Below are positions 51,306-64,000 of a stretch of DNA of 64,000 nucleotides, piece by piece. Each line of letters opens with the position of its first letter. Position 1 is the stretch's first letter. Position numbers and translations under genes: made by a program. Under the pieces are notes generated by a model, which saw only the letters and a list, made by a program, of their open reading frames with translations, was not told the DNA's origin and ran no database searches. The DNA comes from Selaginella moellendorffii. Taxonomy: Eukaryota > Plantae > Lycopodiophyta. The stretch spans positions 22,198 to 86,197 of the forward strand of contig NW_003314319.1 in the NCBI RefSeq assembly GCF_000143415.4, given 5' to 3'.

Positions 51306-54300
51306 TTAGAGCTGACAAATGAAAAGCTAGCAGCTGGAAATAACGTGAGGCCACACGCCATTCACCACTGCATCAGATGTCTTGAGGCTGCATCCTAAGA
51401 TGGCGTGAGGCTACACGCCATCTGTAACCGGACTGCACTCGAGAGCCCAATCGGTGCATGCCAATGTTGCTACTGAATGGCATGTGGCCTCATGCCATTT
51501 TCTACTTGGCCTAAAAGACTTACCATTTGAAGCCGAATGGAGGCGTGACAACCGGACTCGCTGGCGAATGTGCATTGTGTGTGCAGCAGATCGTAGCAGC
51601 AAGGCTACTCTGCCACTTACAGTTGGAGAGTGGCGCTGAAATCTCCTAGGACACCAAGTGGGCTGCGTGTGGGTGGCGGAGTGGGCGGCAGGGTTGGCGG
51701 CGAAGTTACAAACTGGGTGTGTCTTGAAGTGGACGCCGATGCACACGAGCGCAATGCGAGCGCGAGTGTGATGCAAGCGCGAGTGGACGCCGATGCACAT
51801 GAGAAACCTGTAGAGAAGGTAGATGAGCGCGAATGTGAGCGTGATCGCGAGTGGGAGCGCGATGCGAGCGCGAGTGTGCGAGCGCGAGTACGAAGCAAAA
51901 TGCAAAACCTAACCTCACACGCGCGAAATGTCACGACGGTTGGTAATCCCGCAACGTCATCATTCATCGGACTTGGGCGCCACCATTAATTTCTGGATCG
52001 CCGCACGCACGCATGCATGTGAAATCCAAAAGAAATCCGCAACGTCATCATTCCTCGGACTGCATGCACGCGAAATCCAAAAGAAAGATCATGATTGGGA
52101 TATCATTTAATACCCTCGCTATATTTATACCATGCATGATTGGATATTCTAAAGCATCTTGTATTTCTAAAAATGCTAGATGTTCAGCTAAATAAAGAAT
52201 GGTATACAATGTCCTTCTTGATGACCCTGCAAAGAAGCATCTCGATCGGACACCACATGAGACCACACGAGCCTTACAATGTTTCAGGGGCATTTGCCAT
52301 AGATCCGACTGTTATTTTGCTCCAAGATTCTACAGTTTGGTGTGCATTGACCTTTCCATCGACACTGCAAAGGGACATCACAATCAGATGCGGGATCACA
52401 AGAAACTAACTTCACTAACTCTGGTTTCACCAAGATCTACGTAAGGAGTTATAAAATGAAAGGACCCTCTCTATTGAAATATGTTTATGGTCCTAGGGGC
52501 ATTGTGACATATCAAAGGATTTTGCATCAAGTTCTGTATTTGCATGTTTATCAAGCTACTGAATTGCTAAACCCTAAACCCTCCCTAAATATGTGGCAAA
52601 TGCTGCGTGAAGAAAGATGCCCTTTCTGGGCAAATGTTGTAAGAGGCAGATGCCGAGCAGTTACACGGCGAATAATCTTGGCGCGGATCGCTGACATGGC
52701 ATGGCAAAGTTCGAATCACTGACATGGCACAGCTGGATCGAGGCAAGGACATGATGTGACAAAGTTCAACGTTCGACAGCAAAGTCTAGAAGCTACTCAA
52801 TTTGAAATTTGTCAGAGGAATTATAAGATCTCGTTTGTCAAAGGATTTGATGTGACGTTCAAGCGTGTGGGCTCATGCAATTTTGATCCCAAAAAATGCA
52901 CCAAAAAATGGTCGGCGTCATCTGGCATTATTTCTTGAATGGCATGGGGCCACATGCCATTTTAAGGGGCACATAGGAGTATATTCCTAGAATATTCTGA
53001 GATTTTTTTGAGTTTTCTGGATATCCAACCGTTAGATCGCAACTAGATTTTACAGAATGGTATATAATGTCTTTTTTGGTGACCCTGCAAAGAAGCATCT
53101 CGATCGGAGACCACATGAGACCACACGAGCCTTACAATGTTTCAGGGGCATTTGCCATAGATCCGACCGTTATTTTGCTCCAAGATTTTACAGTTTGGTG
53201 TGCATTGACCTTTCCATCGACACTGCAAAGGGACATCACAATCAGATGCGGGATCACAAGAAACCAACTTCACTAACTCTGGTTTCACCAAGATCTACGT
53301 AAGGAGTTATGAAATGAAAGGACCCTCTCTATTGAAATGTGTTTATGGTCCTAAGGGCATTGTGACATATCAAATGATTTTGCATCAAGTTCTGTATTTG
53401 CATGTTTATCAAGCTATTGAATTGCTAAACCCTAAACCCTAAACCCTAAACCCTAAACATGTGGCAAATGCTGCGTGAAGAAAGATGCCCTTTCTGGGCA
53501 AATGCTGTAAGAGGCAGATTCCGAGCAGATGTATCTCAGGCTAGCGAAGGGGACAAACGAAAGCTAGCTATAAACATGACGGGATGCAAATAGATTACTA
53601 GGTTGGTCCTGCGAAAATCAAAAACCATAATTGAAAACATTGAAAATGCAAAAAGAAAGGTTTATAATATTTTTTAATTTTAAGCAACCAAAGGAATGTA
53701 AGTAGGGCATGTGTTTGTAAGTTTAAAAATGCCTCAACCACTTAAATTCCCAAGTAAATAAAGCTGTTTCTATTTTTGGTACATTATAGCGTGTGGGCTC
53801 ATGCAATTTTGAACCCAAAAATGCACCAAAAAATGCTCGACTAGCATTATTCTTTGAATGGCGTGTGGCCTTATATTGCCATAAATGGACGTACATACAC
53901 AGCATAATTATTCCTTTACACAGCGAATAATCTTGGTGCGGATCGCTGACATGGCATGGCAAAGTTCGAATCACTGATATGGCACAGCTGGATCGAGGCA
54001 AGGACATGATGTGACAAAGTTCAACGTCCGACAGCAAAGTCTAGAAGCTACTCAGTTTGAAATTTGTCAGAAGAATCATAAGATCTGGTTTGTCAGAGGA
54101 TTTGATGTGACGTTCAAGCGTGTGTTATTTTTGAATTCTCGAACTCATTCCTAGGTCTATCATTTTTGTGCGCCGTGTTCTTGGTTCCGCTGAGCGCAAT
54201 GAGCGCTGCTTGTGTAAGCGACGTTGTGAGCTGTGGTTTATGTGTCTACGAGCGGTTGCGGCATTGGGAGCGCCATTGCGAGCGGCAGTTTATGCGAGTG

Positions 54301-54430
54301 GCAGTTTGTGCGAGCGGCGCTACGGTACCACTAATGGTATGAGGGCTCATGCCATCTTGGGGCTTGCAAGTTCATCACTAGCATATTGCCAATAGTTTCT
54401 TTACCTGCCTGTAGCTGTGTGTTTATCAAG

Positions 54431-54622
54431 ATGGCATGAGGCCTCATGCCATCTTTGGCCCCTACTAGCCTATTGCCATATTCCTTTTGCCTTGCTGCAA
54501 TTGTATATATTTTTGTATGGGTGACTAGTCACGAACACAAAAATATATACAGTTGCAGCAAGGTAAAAGGAATATAGCAACAGGCTAGCAAGGGCCAAAG
54601 ATAGCGTGAGGTCTCATGCCAT
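54431..54622. repeat. 192-bp fold-back (near-perfect inverted repeat) bounded by 22-bp palindromes
   Basis: Symmetry centre gtgact|agtcac at 54521-54532; arms pair end to end. Absent from unit 1. Confidence 0.9.
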
Positions 54623-54810
54623 TAGTGGTACTACTAATGGCATAAGGGCTCATGCCAATTTTGTGAATGCGAAATTTCACGTGGGTGTCAATAGCATGTT
54701 TGAATAATGGCATGTGGCCTCATGCTATTGAGGTTGTTTGGTATGTTATGATTTAGGCCATTCTCCAATCATTTTTTGTATGGTCTTAACTTCTTTTCTG
54801 CACTTTCAGA

Positions 54811-55890
54811 ATGGCCTTCGCAAGTGCGACACATGTTCCCTCCGTGGATCTTAAGAACCGTGCTACATGGATTCAGGCAAAGGTGTTTCTAAACAACACC
54901 AAGGGGGAGGTGGTAGCTGAGGGCTTAGCCACAGTTGTCAATCCAAGAGATGCGGTTGCTAATCAAGAATTGAGCTGGGATGATATTGGAGTTGCGATTT
55001 TAGAGGTTGTTGACACAGAAGAAAACAGTCTGACTATTGGAAGCATTGTGCGGTGGAAATTGAGGCACTTAGTGTTTGAGAATGTGAAGGATTCACAATC
55101 AAACACCACTACAACTGATGATAGAACATCTCTTCATGGGAAAAGAAAGTACACCTTCCTAAAGCGCAGCCAAAGGGATCTGAGCAACAAACCGAAAAGG
55201 CAGAAAATGGTGATGGAGGTTCGAATGGTCTCGACAGTTACTTGTTGCAAGAGGAGGTGCTGTCAACATGCTGATTGGGATGCTATTGAAGAGGAGAGAG
55301 CAAGATACAAGACATTGTCCTGGAAGGCAGCTCGCAATTTTGTGTATGAGGCATTACGGTCATCTGTTAATGCTTCAGAACATCAGGTGGGGGGCATGGT
55401 CTTCCAGAGGGGTTTGGTCTGCATGAAGGCATGGAGAATCATTTATGGAGTCCCTCGAAGCACATTCTACAGAATCAAAACTGAGTTCGAGGAACAAAGG
55501 GTTCAACAGGCAGTCCATGGGAACGACGGTACTCACAAAACCAGGGGTCATGTTGTATATGGAGAGGCAATCTTCAAGAGGTTTGTCGAGACATGTAGCG
55601 AGCAGCAACCACATAAAACCCGCCTCTTGGAAGATGGAACTCGAGACACCCAACGAGTTCTCCCTTCCATGTATACCAAGGGGGCCATATTGGAAGATGT
55701 GAATCGGGAACTCCAGAGTAATGGCTATAGGAAGCTGAGCCAATCTAGATTTAGTAGATTGTGGAGCAACAGGTTCAGGGATTTGAGAATAGGAAAGTAC
55801 TCCAGCTTCAGATTCGGCTTGTTCACCTTGACAATGAGATTTATTATACAACCAGATGGACTCAGTCTGGACACAAAGTCACCGCGCTAG
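54811..55890 (+). pseudogene. Deleted transposase copy lacking the catalytic core
   Basis: In-frame loss of unit-1 44973-45215, and a ~2.3 kb deletion joining 46205 to ~48514 through AGCTT microhomology at ~55804-55808. Confidence 0.9.
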
Positions 55891-56028
55891 TCACCATGCC
55901 CCAGATATGTCTAGCCCCTGGACAAAAAACATATAATTTCACATCATTTTCAAATACTTGAAAATTTGTACCTAGTCCCATTTTACTGAATAAATCCCAC
56001 TTTAACGAAATAGAGCTTCTAAGGATAT

Positions 56029-59000
56029 TGTCACGAATGTGACTTCAGATATCGAAAGTTATCTGTCGGTTGTTTTTCAAATATTCTTTCCTTATCTTTC
56101 CTTACTGCCATAATAACAAAAGGTTAGTATTGCTGGACCCTTTATTAGTCCCTTTTGTGCTAGTGGAGTTAATTGGGCATTTCGAGTGTACTTAGACCGG
56201 ATGAGCATAAGGATAGAATTCCTACATGTTATTAACTAAGTATACTTAGCTCGGTAAAGAGTTTCTGTCTTGTTGTGTCTTGCACTAGCTAGTGACAAAA
56301 ACCCTCGTGTAATGAGATTAGTCCCTTAATATCATTGGATGATAGTTTACCGTGTTTGCCAAACACCCTCACCATCATGCCCTTTATGTTAGTCTCATTT
56401 TGGTCCTAAATGCTATTTATGGAAAGTGTCTAGATTTGCTCATTTAGTATATTTTTGGAATGTAGAGATTGTCCTAAACACAATAGTGTTCATCCCATGT
56501 CCAAATTCGCAATCTAGGGACATTCTATATTTAGTAAGTTTTAAGCTTATCCCAAAGATTAACTCTTGATACTAAGGGAGGCTTGGGGTGAAAGCCCAAA
56601 GCATGTGTTCCTCAGGGTGGGGGGGGGGGGAGGGGGCGCTATGGGGGGTTCCAAATGTATAGTAAGGATAGTGGGTAGGTTAGGCATAGTTAATCAACTT
56701 AAAGTATAGTCTAGCTCTTGCTTGCGTGTTTGTTCTTGTTTAGTGTCTGGTTTGGGTCCAAACCCAAGTTCCATTCCATGCTAGCTGGTGGAGTACTTAT
56801 ATCCTCACGTTAGGCCACCAGTATGCCGAAATAACACCAGACTCCATTTAACTCTATTTTGTATGCTTGGGATGTTGGTTGCTTTAGGATTGATCTAAGT
56901 TGCTCTGTGCTCCTATCCCTTCACTCCTTGGACTATATGCTTGGGAGTCGTTCCGTGCTTTAGTGCCATCACTCCTTGGTTCCATATTTGGGAGTTTGGC
57001 ATTGTTCCTTCATTTAGTGGCCCAAGGCTCTAAATCTCGGGTTTCACACCATTGTCCTTTGGACACGTGGTATGTGGCACATAGCATATAGCATATGACA
57101 CGTGGTATATGGAGGGTTTAGGTTCCACTTTGTGGTGTTATCCTATGTTAAATCACCATAGGATAAAGAGTAAAAACCATATGCACTACATTTGGTATCA
57201 GAGAATGAGTCTCAGCGAGTACTATCCAATAAGATTAGGCAACTAGTCTCATTGCATACATAGAGATGAAAACAATTATCCGAGTGGTACATATTTAGGT
57301 GCAAAGGCTTCGCAATCATTCATTGGGTATGGGTTTAGTTACCTTTTTGTACCATATTATATGAGTTTGCTCTTGGGCTCATAAGATGGATTGAAATATT
57401 CCATTTCGCATAAGTTTGTGCTTGGGCTCGTGAGTGAGGCACATTAGCAATTCAAAGTTACCCTTTGAGTTGGCAGGATTAATGATAGCCTATTGATGTT
57501 TTCATGAGTTGTTCCATGTACCATAAGTAAAAGTAAACCTCTTTGGGTTTGCTATGAGTGGCAAATAGGCTAGTCCGTAGTTGTTTAGCATGACACTAGT
57601 GGAACCTTCCTAGGCATGATTACAAAAGGATCAATCAAGACTGTAGGGAATAATCTATTGGTTCAAGTAGTTATTGCCATATTCTTTCATAAACTTTTCT
57701 TGGATTGAACTGAAGGCAGTGCAGAAGCAAACTTGAGGTTTGGTCAAAAGATGAGATCGAAAAGAGAGTCATCAGAGACAAAGGATCAAACATTTTCTCT
57801 TCTTGGAGAGATGATTTGCAATGAAGTGTTAAATCATTGCTTGTGTTCACATTATGCAATCAAAAGTCCCTACCTTAATGCATGTTGGTTATAGTGGTCT
57901 TACAAATGGTGAGTTGCAGGATGGATAACGGTGAAATGCTATGCCATTTTATCTAGGTTTATTATTGAAGACTTGGGTTGCAATGCTTAATTCTTTTCCG
58001 GGGAACCTTGCTATTGCTCATTGAATAGCTTGGTGTTGGATTAGTTTTGAGTTTGGTTAGATAAAGGGTGGCATGAGCTTGTTTGTGTTGTGAGCAAAAG
58101 TTAGTGGTGTTAAGTGTTGTAAATCTCTATTGGTGAAGTGTGGCATTTATGTTGCATTTTGTCGAATCGAGTTGGCACTTGATGCTTATATAAACCTTTG
58201 AAGTAATGACATGCGTGTTGCTTGTGGTGTTGCTCAATTGATGACCAAGTCATTATGATACTTATATCATATCCATGTGATAATGGGTAATGTATTTACG
58301 AAGTTGCTTGGTTGAACGATGATCAACCCTAAAGTGGTTGATAATGAAGCTAGTCTACTTACATGTAGTAATATTTAAGTAACTTTGACTAAAGTTCTCA
58401 ATAGTGATCCATTATGCAAAGCTTAAGTTGGTTCCTTATTCTTTAAGTTTGCCCATTGAAGTGTTGGAAAAAGGTTGTAGCATTTATTTGTTATAGCTCA
58501 TCAATAATTCCATTGCACTTGGAGTAGACTTGGAGTAGATTATTGAATGAAAAAGATGTGTAATTGAGGCATTAACATCACTAGCACTTGTGTCAGTAGA
58601 AGTGGCATTGTTATGTTGAGTGATGAGGAACTTTCTTTAGAACTTGATTTTCCATATCATTTTTTTGTTAGTGTTTTGGCTTCACATTAAATCTTGAAGG
58701 TGGTTGAAAAAAAGCGTTATTGTAATATGGATATCCGAAGATGTGGTCTTCATGATCAAGCCTTGAATGTTCACTTTGCGTTTTGCGGATGTCGCTATTA
58801 GATGTCGGTTATATGCGCAAAAATGTTCAATGCTTAAGCATATTGATGGATCATAAGAATTTATGTTGAGATGAACCTATGTGTAGTAGTAGGTAGAAGG
58901 AAGTTGGTTGAGTTTTGAATGTTTGTATTCCTAGACTAAAAGTTATTCTTTCTTTAGGATGGAAATTTTTTTTATAAATTTTCTTAGACTTTTCCAATGG

Positions 59001-62000
59001 CTGATTTATTGATCACTTTACCCAAAAACCTTTCTGTTTTTATAAGCCAATACAAATTAGTGAAAGGGTTAGAGGTGACTTCAGTTGGCTTAGATCTTAA
59101 TAGGTAATTTGTATGATGCCGCCCGAAAGGGATGTTGACTTTTGGGGCTAAAGCAATTGAGTTGGATAGAGTCTGGAGTTGGTGTAGAAAAATGATTGTT
59201 GTGCTTTTTTAGAAAAGTGACACCCTTGTGCCTTTCTTCTGTAACATTGTGCTTAATGGTAAGTTACACCTTGCATTTTGTTAAACTCTATGAGAGTAGT
59301 GAGCTCTCATTGATCTTGACTTGGTCTTAGTGGCCTTACACTTTGGTTGAGGATAGTGATGTTCAACTTAGTTGTTTAAAGTTGAGATGTTAATACCCGT
59401 ACTATAACTTTGTCTATGAAGAGGTTTTGTACCAATATGAGTTCATCTCATGATCTTCACTTTAGTTTTGATTAAGTGTTGATTATGCATAGCTAACCTC
59501 TTCAAAGCATGCTCAGAGCTATTAGCTAGACGAGTTGGTGAGCTTATTGCGGTTGAGTTAGATTGAATGGTCATTTAGTTTATGCTTATCCATGAATCTT
59601 TATCTCGTACCTAAGATATTACATTCATGTTGGATAAGTATGACTTGATGGCATGAGTTTAGTGTTGGGTTTTGTGAAGGCAAGTTGAAAGAGTGATTGT
59701 TAGTTGTTTTGCAATTAGTGATTGCTTGTATACTTTATTGAAGACTATTGACACTTGCTTTGCTTGTTAGGGTGTGGCCACCAAGAGAGTGAGAGAGAGA
59801 GAGGGAATATTCTAGTCCTCAAAATATTCCCCATCTTCCTTGTATAAAACCCTTGCCCCACAAAGGCAAGAAGGGGCATTTGCAAAGAGCACTAAAGCAT
59901 TTCTCGTGTTTGAGTGAGTGTTGGGGGAGGCGCCCCTCCTTCCCCCAACAAATGGTGAACTTGATGTGACGCGCAACACTTTTGGAGGCGTCATTTCTCT
60001 TTTTTGTTTTTTGGCCGCAGACTTTAGGAAGGAATTCTTTGTTCGTCTTGCAGTGGTTTTGTTTGATCTTGGGCGTGTTGGATAAGTTTAGAGCTCCTCT
60101 TTCTAGCAAGGTATAACGCTCATCAAGTCGTGTAGTATTTGAAGAGATACAATGTTTCTTGGCTGGGTTTGAGGAACAGTTTCACTTTTTTGCCTAGATC
60201 TTCAGTCCAATTTCTCAAAGTAGTGCATTTGGGCTTGTAGATCTGGCCTAGATCTACGAGTAGTGGTGATTTTTAGCGCTAGATTTGGCCAAATTGGCAG
60301 CATGCAAAAAGATTTTCTTTTCCGACTAGATTGGGTCATCTTTGTAGCAGAAATTTGTGCTCCTCCGGGCTTTGTTTTGGATGCTGTTTGTTTCTAAAGG
60401 TGCTCCTAGTCGTAGGCTTTTCGAAAATACCAACGGCACTTTAGTATCCATCTACATTAGTGACATGCACATGTTTTTCTACTTCTTCTTGGAATTTGGG
60501 GAGTATTGAGGCGGCTTTTTCCCAAATTCCTGCGATAGAGGGTAGATGGGGCTGAGCTCTTTCCAACGAGCCCACCAGCAGTCAAAATGGGGAAGCATTG
60601 AGACCAAAGGACTCATTTTTTCTCTTTTGGGCTAAACTTTGTTGGAGGTTCCTTGGGAACAAAGCAATCTTCAAGGAACAAGAGTTGGCATAGGAACAGG
60701 AATAGGAGGAACAAGAACAAGAGTTGGAGTAGGAGCAGGTGCAGGAGTAGAAGTGAGAGGGGGGGGGGGGGGGTTTACCGATTACAAGTTATAGGTCCCC
60801 AGTTACTAGTTACTAGTTACTGGTTCCCGGCCACTTTAGCAGCTACTCTAGCGGCTACTTCAGCGGTTACCCTATAGGTTAATGGTTACGTGTGCTTGAG
60901 GCCTACATCTCCTTCCATTTCGACCCTTATTTCTCTTTGTCATTAGCATTTTGGGCAACTTTGTGTAGCTTGAGCACAAATCTACAATCTTCATACTCCT
61001 ATTTACCCAATTGCCTTGACTGGGCATTTGCAGTGTTTAGGGTATTTGATATTGGTACAAACCAGACGTGCGACAAATTGGCACCCTTTTACCATACCTC
61101 AAGGCCCTAAGGTACAGAATAAACTTTCTAGCATCCAAAGGCAGCTTAGGTATGACATTGCACCTTCTCAGGTCGAGTCCTCTTCATCCTCAGCAGATTC
61201 TAATGACTTAGATCTATGAGCTATGGCACAACCACCTTTAGCTTGACCTCAGCTCCATGTTCTGCAAAAGGGGAGTGATCTGTCGACCTTCTCAGGTGTT
61301 GGAACAGTCTCTTCAACATTGCATATCAATCACTTTGATTACTATTATACCATAAACATGATTGTCAATGATAATCGTATGTGCCATAACTTCTTGCAGT
61401 CTCTCGAAGGCAAAGTAGCAATTTGGGCAGATTCTCTCCTCCCAGAGGACCGGACAAACTTCTAGACATTACTTGCTTCTTTTAGGGAACGTTTCATTGA
61501 AGAAAAACCCACAAGTCGGCTACTTGTCGACTTCTTTTCATTTCGGCAAGGTGCTCACGAGTCTGTTCCTGACTACATCACCCGGTTTTGAGCATACTGG
61601 AAGCAGTGTTAGGATCATAGAGTGGTCCAAGATGAGCAACAGGGGATCATGGCATTCACAATGGGTTTGTGTGGGAACTTGCAGCGGAAACTTCTTAAGA
61701 AGACATTCAAGTCTTGCCGTGAGGCATTTTCATTTGCCACGAAGCTGGAAGGAGAGCTTCTTGTTGACATGGGGATTGCTAGAGTTGATTTCGACCAAGC
61801 CACCACCCCATCAGAGTCACCTTGTGCAACTATTCGCCCGTCCACAACAAAGCCCATCGCTATTGAGCATACACCTCCAGCTATTGAGAACTTTGCTAAC
61901 AAGATGCAGCAAATGAAGGAGATCATTCTTCAGCAGTAATCACACCATAATAAACTGCTCCATGAGCTGGTGAAGTCCAAGAAAGAGGCCACTACAACTC

Positions 62001-64000
62001 AGGAACACAGATTTAAATCCCGTTGGTGCCACTGCGAGATGAACACACACAACACATAGCGCTGTTTCAAGCTTCACCTAGAGCTTCAGCCTCCATCTTC
62101 TCAACGTGTCTAACAACATCCCTTCGCTGATAATTCCACATTGTCTCAGGGTTCAGAGACCTATCAGGAGCAGTTGGAGCGACAAGCAATTGAGGCAGCC
62201 CCTTCGTCAAGCAAAGGCAAGGCACCAGCCTCATTGGTCAACACGATTTTGGTAGCTGAGGAACTCTATAGACAACAGTAGCAAACCGTAACCACTCGTG
62301 CCCAAGTGAAGAAGAAGGCAGCCGCTTAGCCTCCCATAGATCCCCCGGCGTCAGTTGAGAGTGAATCTTTATTGGCACCAGATCCAGTGACACAGAGGGT
62401 GGCTTGTAAGCTCCCCTTCAAGTCACTACTCTCTTCTCCTCCTAAGATCTCACCAACAACTATTCCTGTTCTGGAGCTGATTCTTCAACAGCTGGTTGAC
62501 ACTCCCATCACCTTTTCTCTCTGAGCCATGTTGTGCCTTGTCCCAGGATTCGGCCAGCGTTTGGAGGAGTTTGCACGGTCAAGAACACTAGAGCACACTC
62601 TCAAGGGGACTCCTCAAGAGGTGCACATTGTCAACATGACAAGATATAGTGAAGATCCAGGTCCATTCTTCGTCCCGGTGCAGATTGGTACTTCCTCTTG
62701 TAGGATGGATGGTTTGGTTGACTCCGGTTCAGGAAGCAACATTATCTCTCTTGAAGCTGCCCTTTTAGCACAATTATATATCATTGAGACCTCCTCCATC
62801 GTGCTCAAGACCTTCGCCAATCACATTGTTCCTCTAGCGGGCATTTGCTGTGGTGTCAAGGTCTTTGTGTAGAGTGTTACTTTTGAGGTAGATTTCCTTG
62901 TGGTTGACTACTAACGTTTTGGAATATCCTCTTTGAAGGAATTTATCATCTTTGGCCACTCATGGCAAGTCACAACCCATTGCACCATTGATAGTGTGCA
63001 AGGCAAGATGGAGATAAGCAATGGAACCCATAGTGCCACCTTTCTCAACAACCATGGTAGAGCTCTTTCTCAGCAAGCCCAGAAAGCTCAAATTAAAGTG
63101 GTCTCCACACCACACTTTCCTCCTAAGCTCATAGAGGCTTTTCCCGAGTTGGCAATGGAGTTGACTATCTATAAGATAGATGCTTTCTCATGCAATGCGA
63201 TTGACATTGTTGGAGGTGAGCCAGATAGCTCAAGACATCTCTCAGCCTCACTCTCTTTATTTGAGAGTAAGGCTGAGCCTCTAGCCACGCCCTTTTTATT
63301 TGATGGCAGGGCTTATAGGGTACGGGCTCCTATATCCAACTTTTCGGTGTTTCTTGATAAAGGAAGGGCTTCTCAATTCGTTTCTTGCATGGGACCAACT
63401 CTCTCTTATGGAGCTTGATGACACAGTCACTCAAGACCAAGTCCATCTTTCACAAGACACAGCTGAACTCAATCCTCCTTAGCAACTATCTGAGGTGTCA
63501 CACAGCTAGCATCTTCCTACTAAAATCACGGTAGCTGACAAATCCAAGCGTATTTTGTCATGTTATTTCTTGGAGACAGAAGATGACATTTAGACACACA
63601 ACTGGCAGAAAGAATCAAGCTAATCAGACATGCTGCATGTGAGTTATAGCTCTTTGAGTTCAGAATTTCCTACCATGGAGCCTCCGGTATTCCAACCACC
63701 AGAACAACAACTTCCTTTTGAAATTTACATCACAACGGGCACAGAGGCTTTTGGACTACGCCTTTGCCAATGTTCACAACCTAGCAAGCCACCACATGCA
63801 ACATATTATGCCTCACATTCGTTCGAGGAGAATGGAAAGAAGTATGTGGATGCGGAAAAAGAAGCAGTGGCTGTTATTTACACTTTGGAGCAATTTCGTC
63901 ACTTTCTTGCTGGAGCTTGTATCCATTTCCATGTCTATTTTAATGTGCTGACCTTTCTTTTACAGCGACCAGTTCATAGTCCTCGTACTTTATCTTGGAT
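56029..64000 (+). mobile_element. Decayed Ty3/Gypsy-like element, 5' part: LTR 56029-57190, PBS 57193-57203, long leader, gag and protease
   Basis: TG..CA followed by tt-tggtatcagag. Gag-like SLEGKVAIWADSL..FRERFIEE (~61400-61505), knuckle-like WCHCEMNTHNT*RC (~62025-62065), protease LVDSGSGSNII (~62713-62745). Many stops. Confidence 0.8.

Larger units (their letters stand above)
29466..56018 (+). mobile_element. Composite Sola-like cut-and-paste DNA transposon: full unit 29466-48722 plus truncated unit 48723-56018
   Basis: Left TIR aatctctattttgttaaagtgggaatt (29466-29492) matches the reverse complement of right ends 48696-48722 and 55992-56018 with 3 mismatches in 27. TSD CTAA at 29462-29465 and 56019-56022. 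The empty site restores Gypsy RT KCIFVSKDI. Contains a DDD transposase. Confidence 0.88.

Noticed and set aside
48723-56018. Unit 2 as a pure assembly duplication
   Set aside because: It has its own substitutions, deletions and an empty LTR site, begins exactly at a TIR end, and carries the matching outer TSD. Long reads would settle it.

Overview
Land-plant nuclear DNA. Compact genes with 50-90 nt introns plus a CVNH gene suggest a lycophyte such as Selaginella (inference). Layout: (i) 1-7.4 kb is decayed TE sequence: a Helitron-like repeat, a LINE relic and a minus-strand Ty3/Gypsy carrying a nested ~0.5 kb TRIM, followed by a 100-N gap. (ii) 7.9-16.8 kb is a dense host gene island: Claspin/Mrc1-like protein, an N/S/Q/G-rich orphan, cytosolic GPDH and THO6/DWA1. 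(iii) 18-29.5 kb holds decayed LTRs and an intact, very AT-rich secreted cyanovirin-N-homolog gene. (iv) 29466-56018 is a 26.5 kb composite DNA transposon with ~27 bp TIRs and a 4-bp CTAA TSD, inserted in a Gypsy RT. It encodes a Sola-like DDD transposase and, divergently, a multi-exon cargo gene with a ParB/Srx-like domain, a degenerate N6/N4-methyltransferase-like fold and an FCP1-like HAD domain. About 30 copies of one 22-bp palindrome are spread through it, several inside introns. It consists of one full unit (interrupted by a young non-autonomous LTR element) plus a truncated second unit. (v) 56-64 kb is the 5' half of another Gypsy-like element. The best candidate for an undescribed system is the transposon-borne ParB-like protein plus the parS-like palindrome array. 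All family assignments are by motif recognition only; no searches were run.
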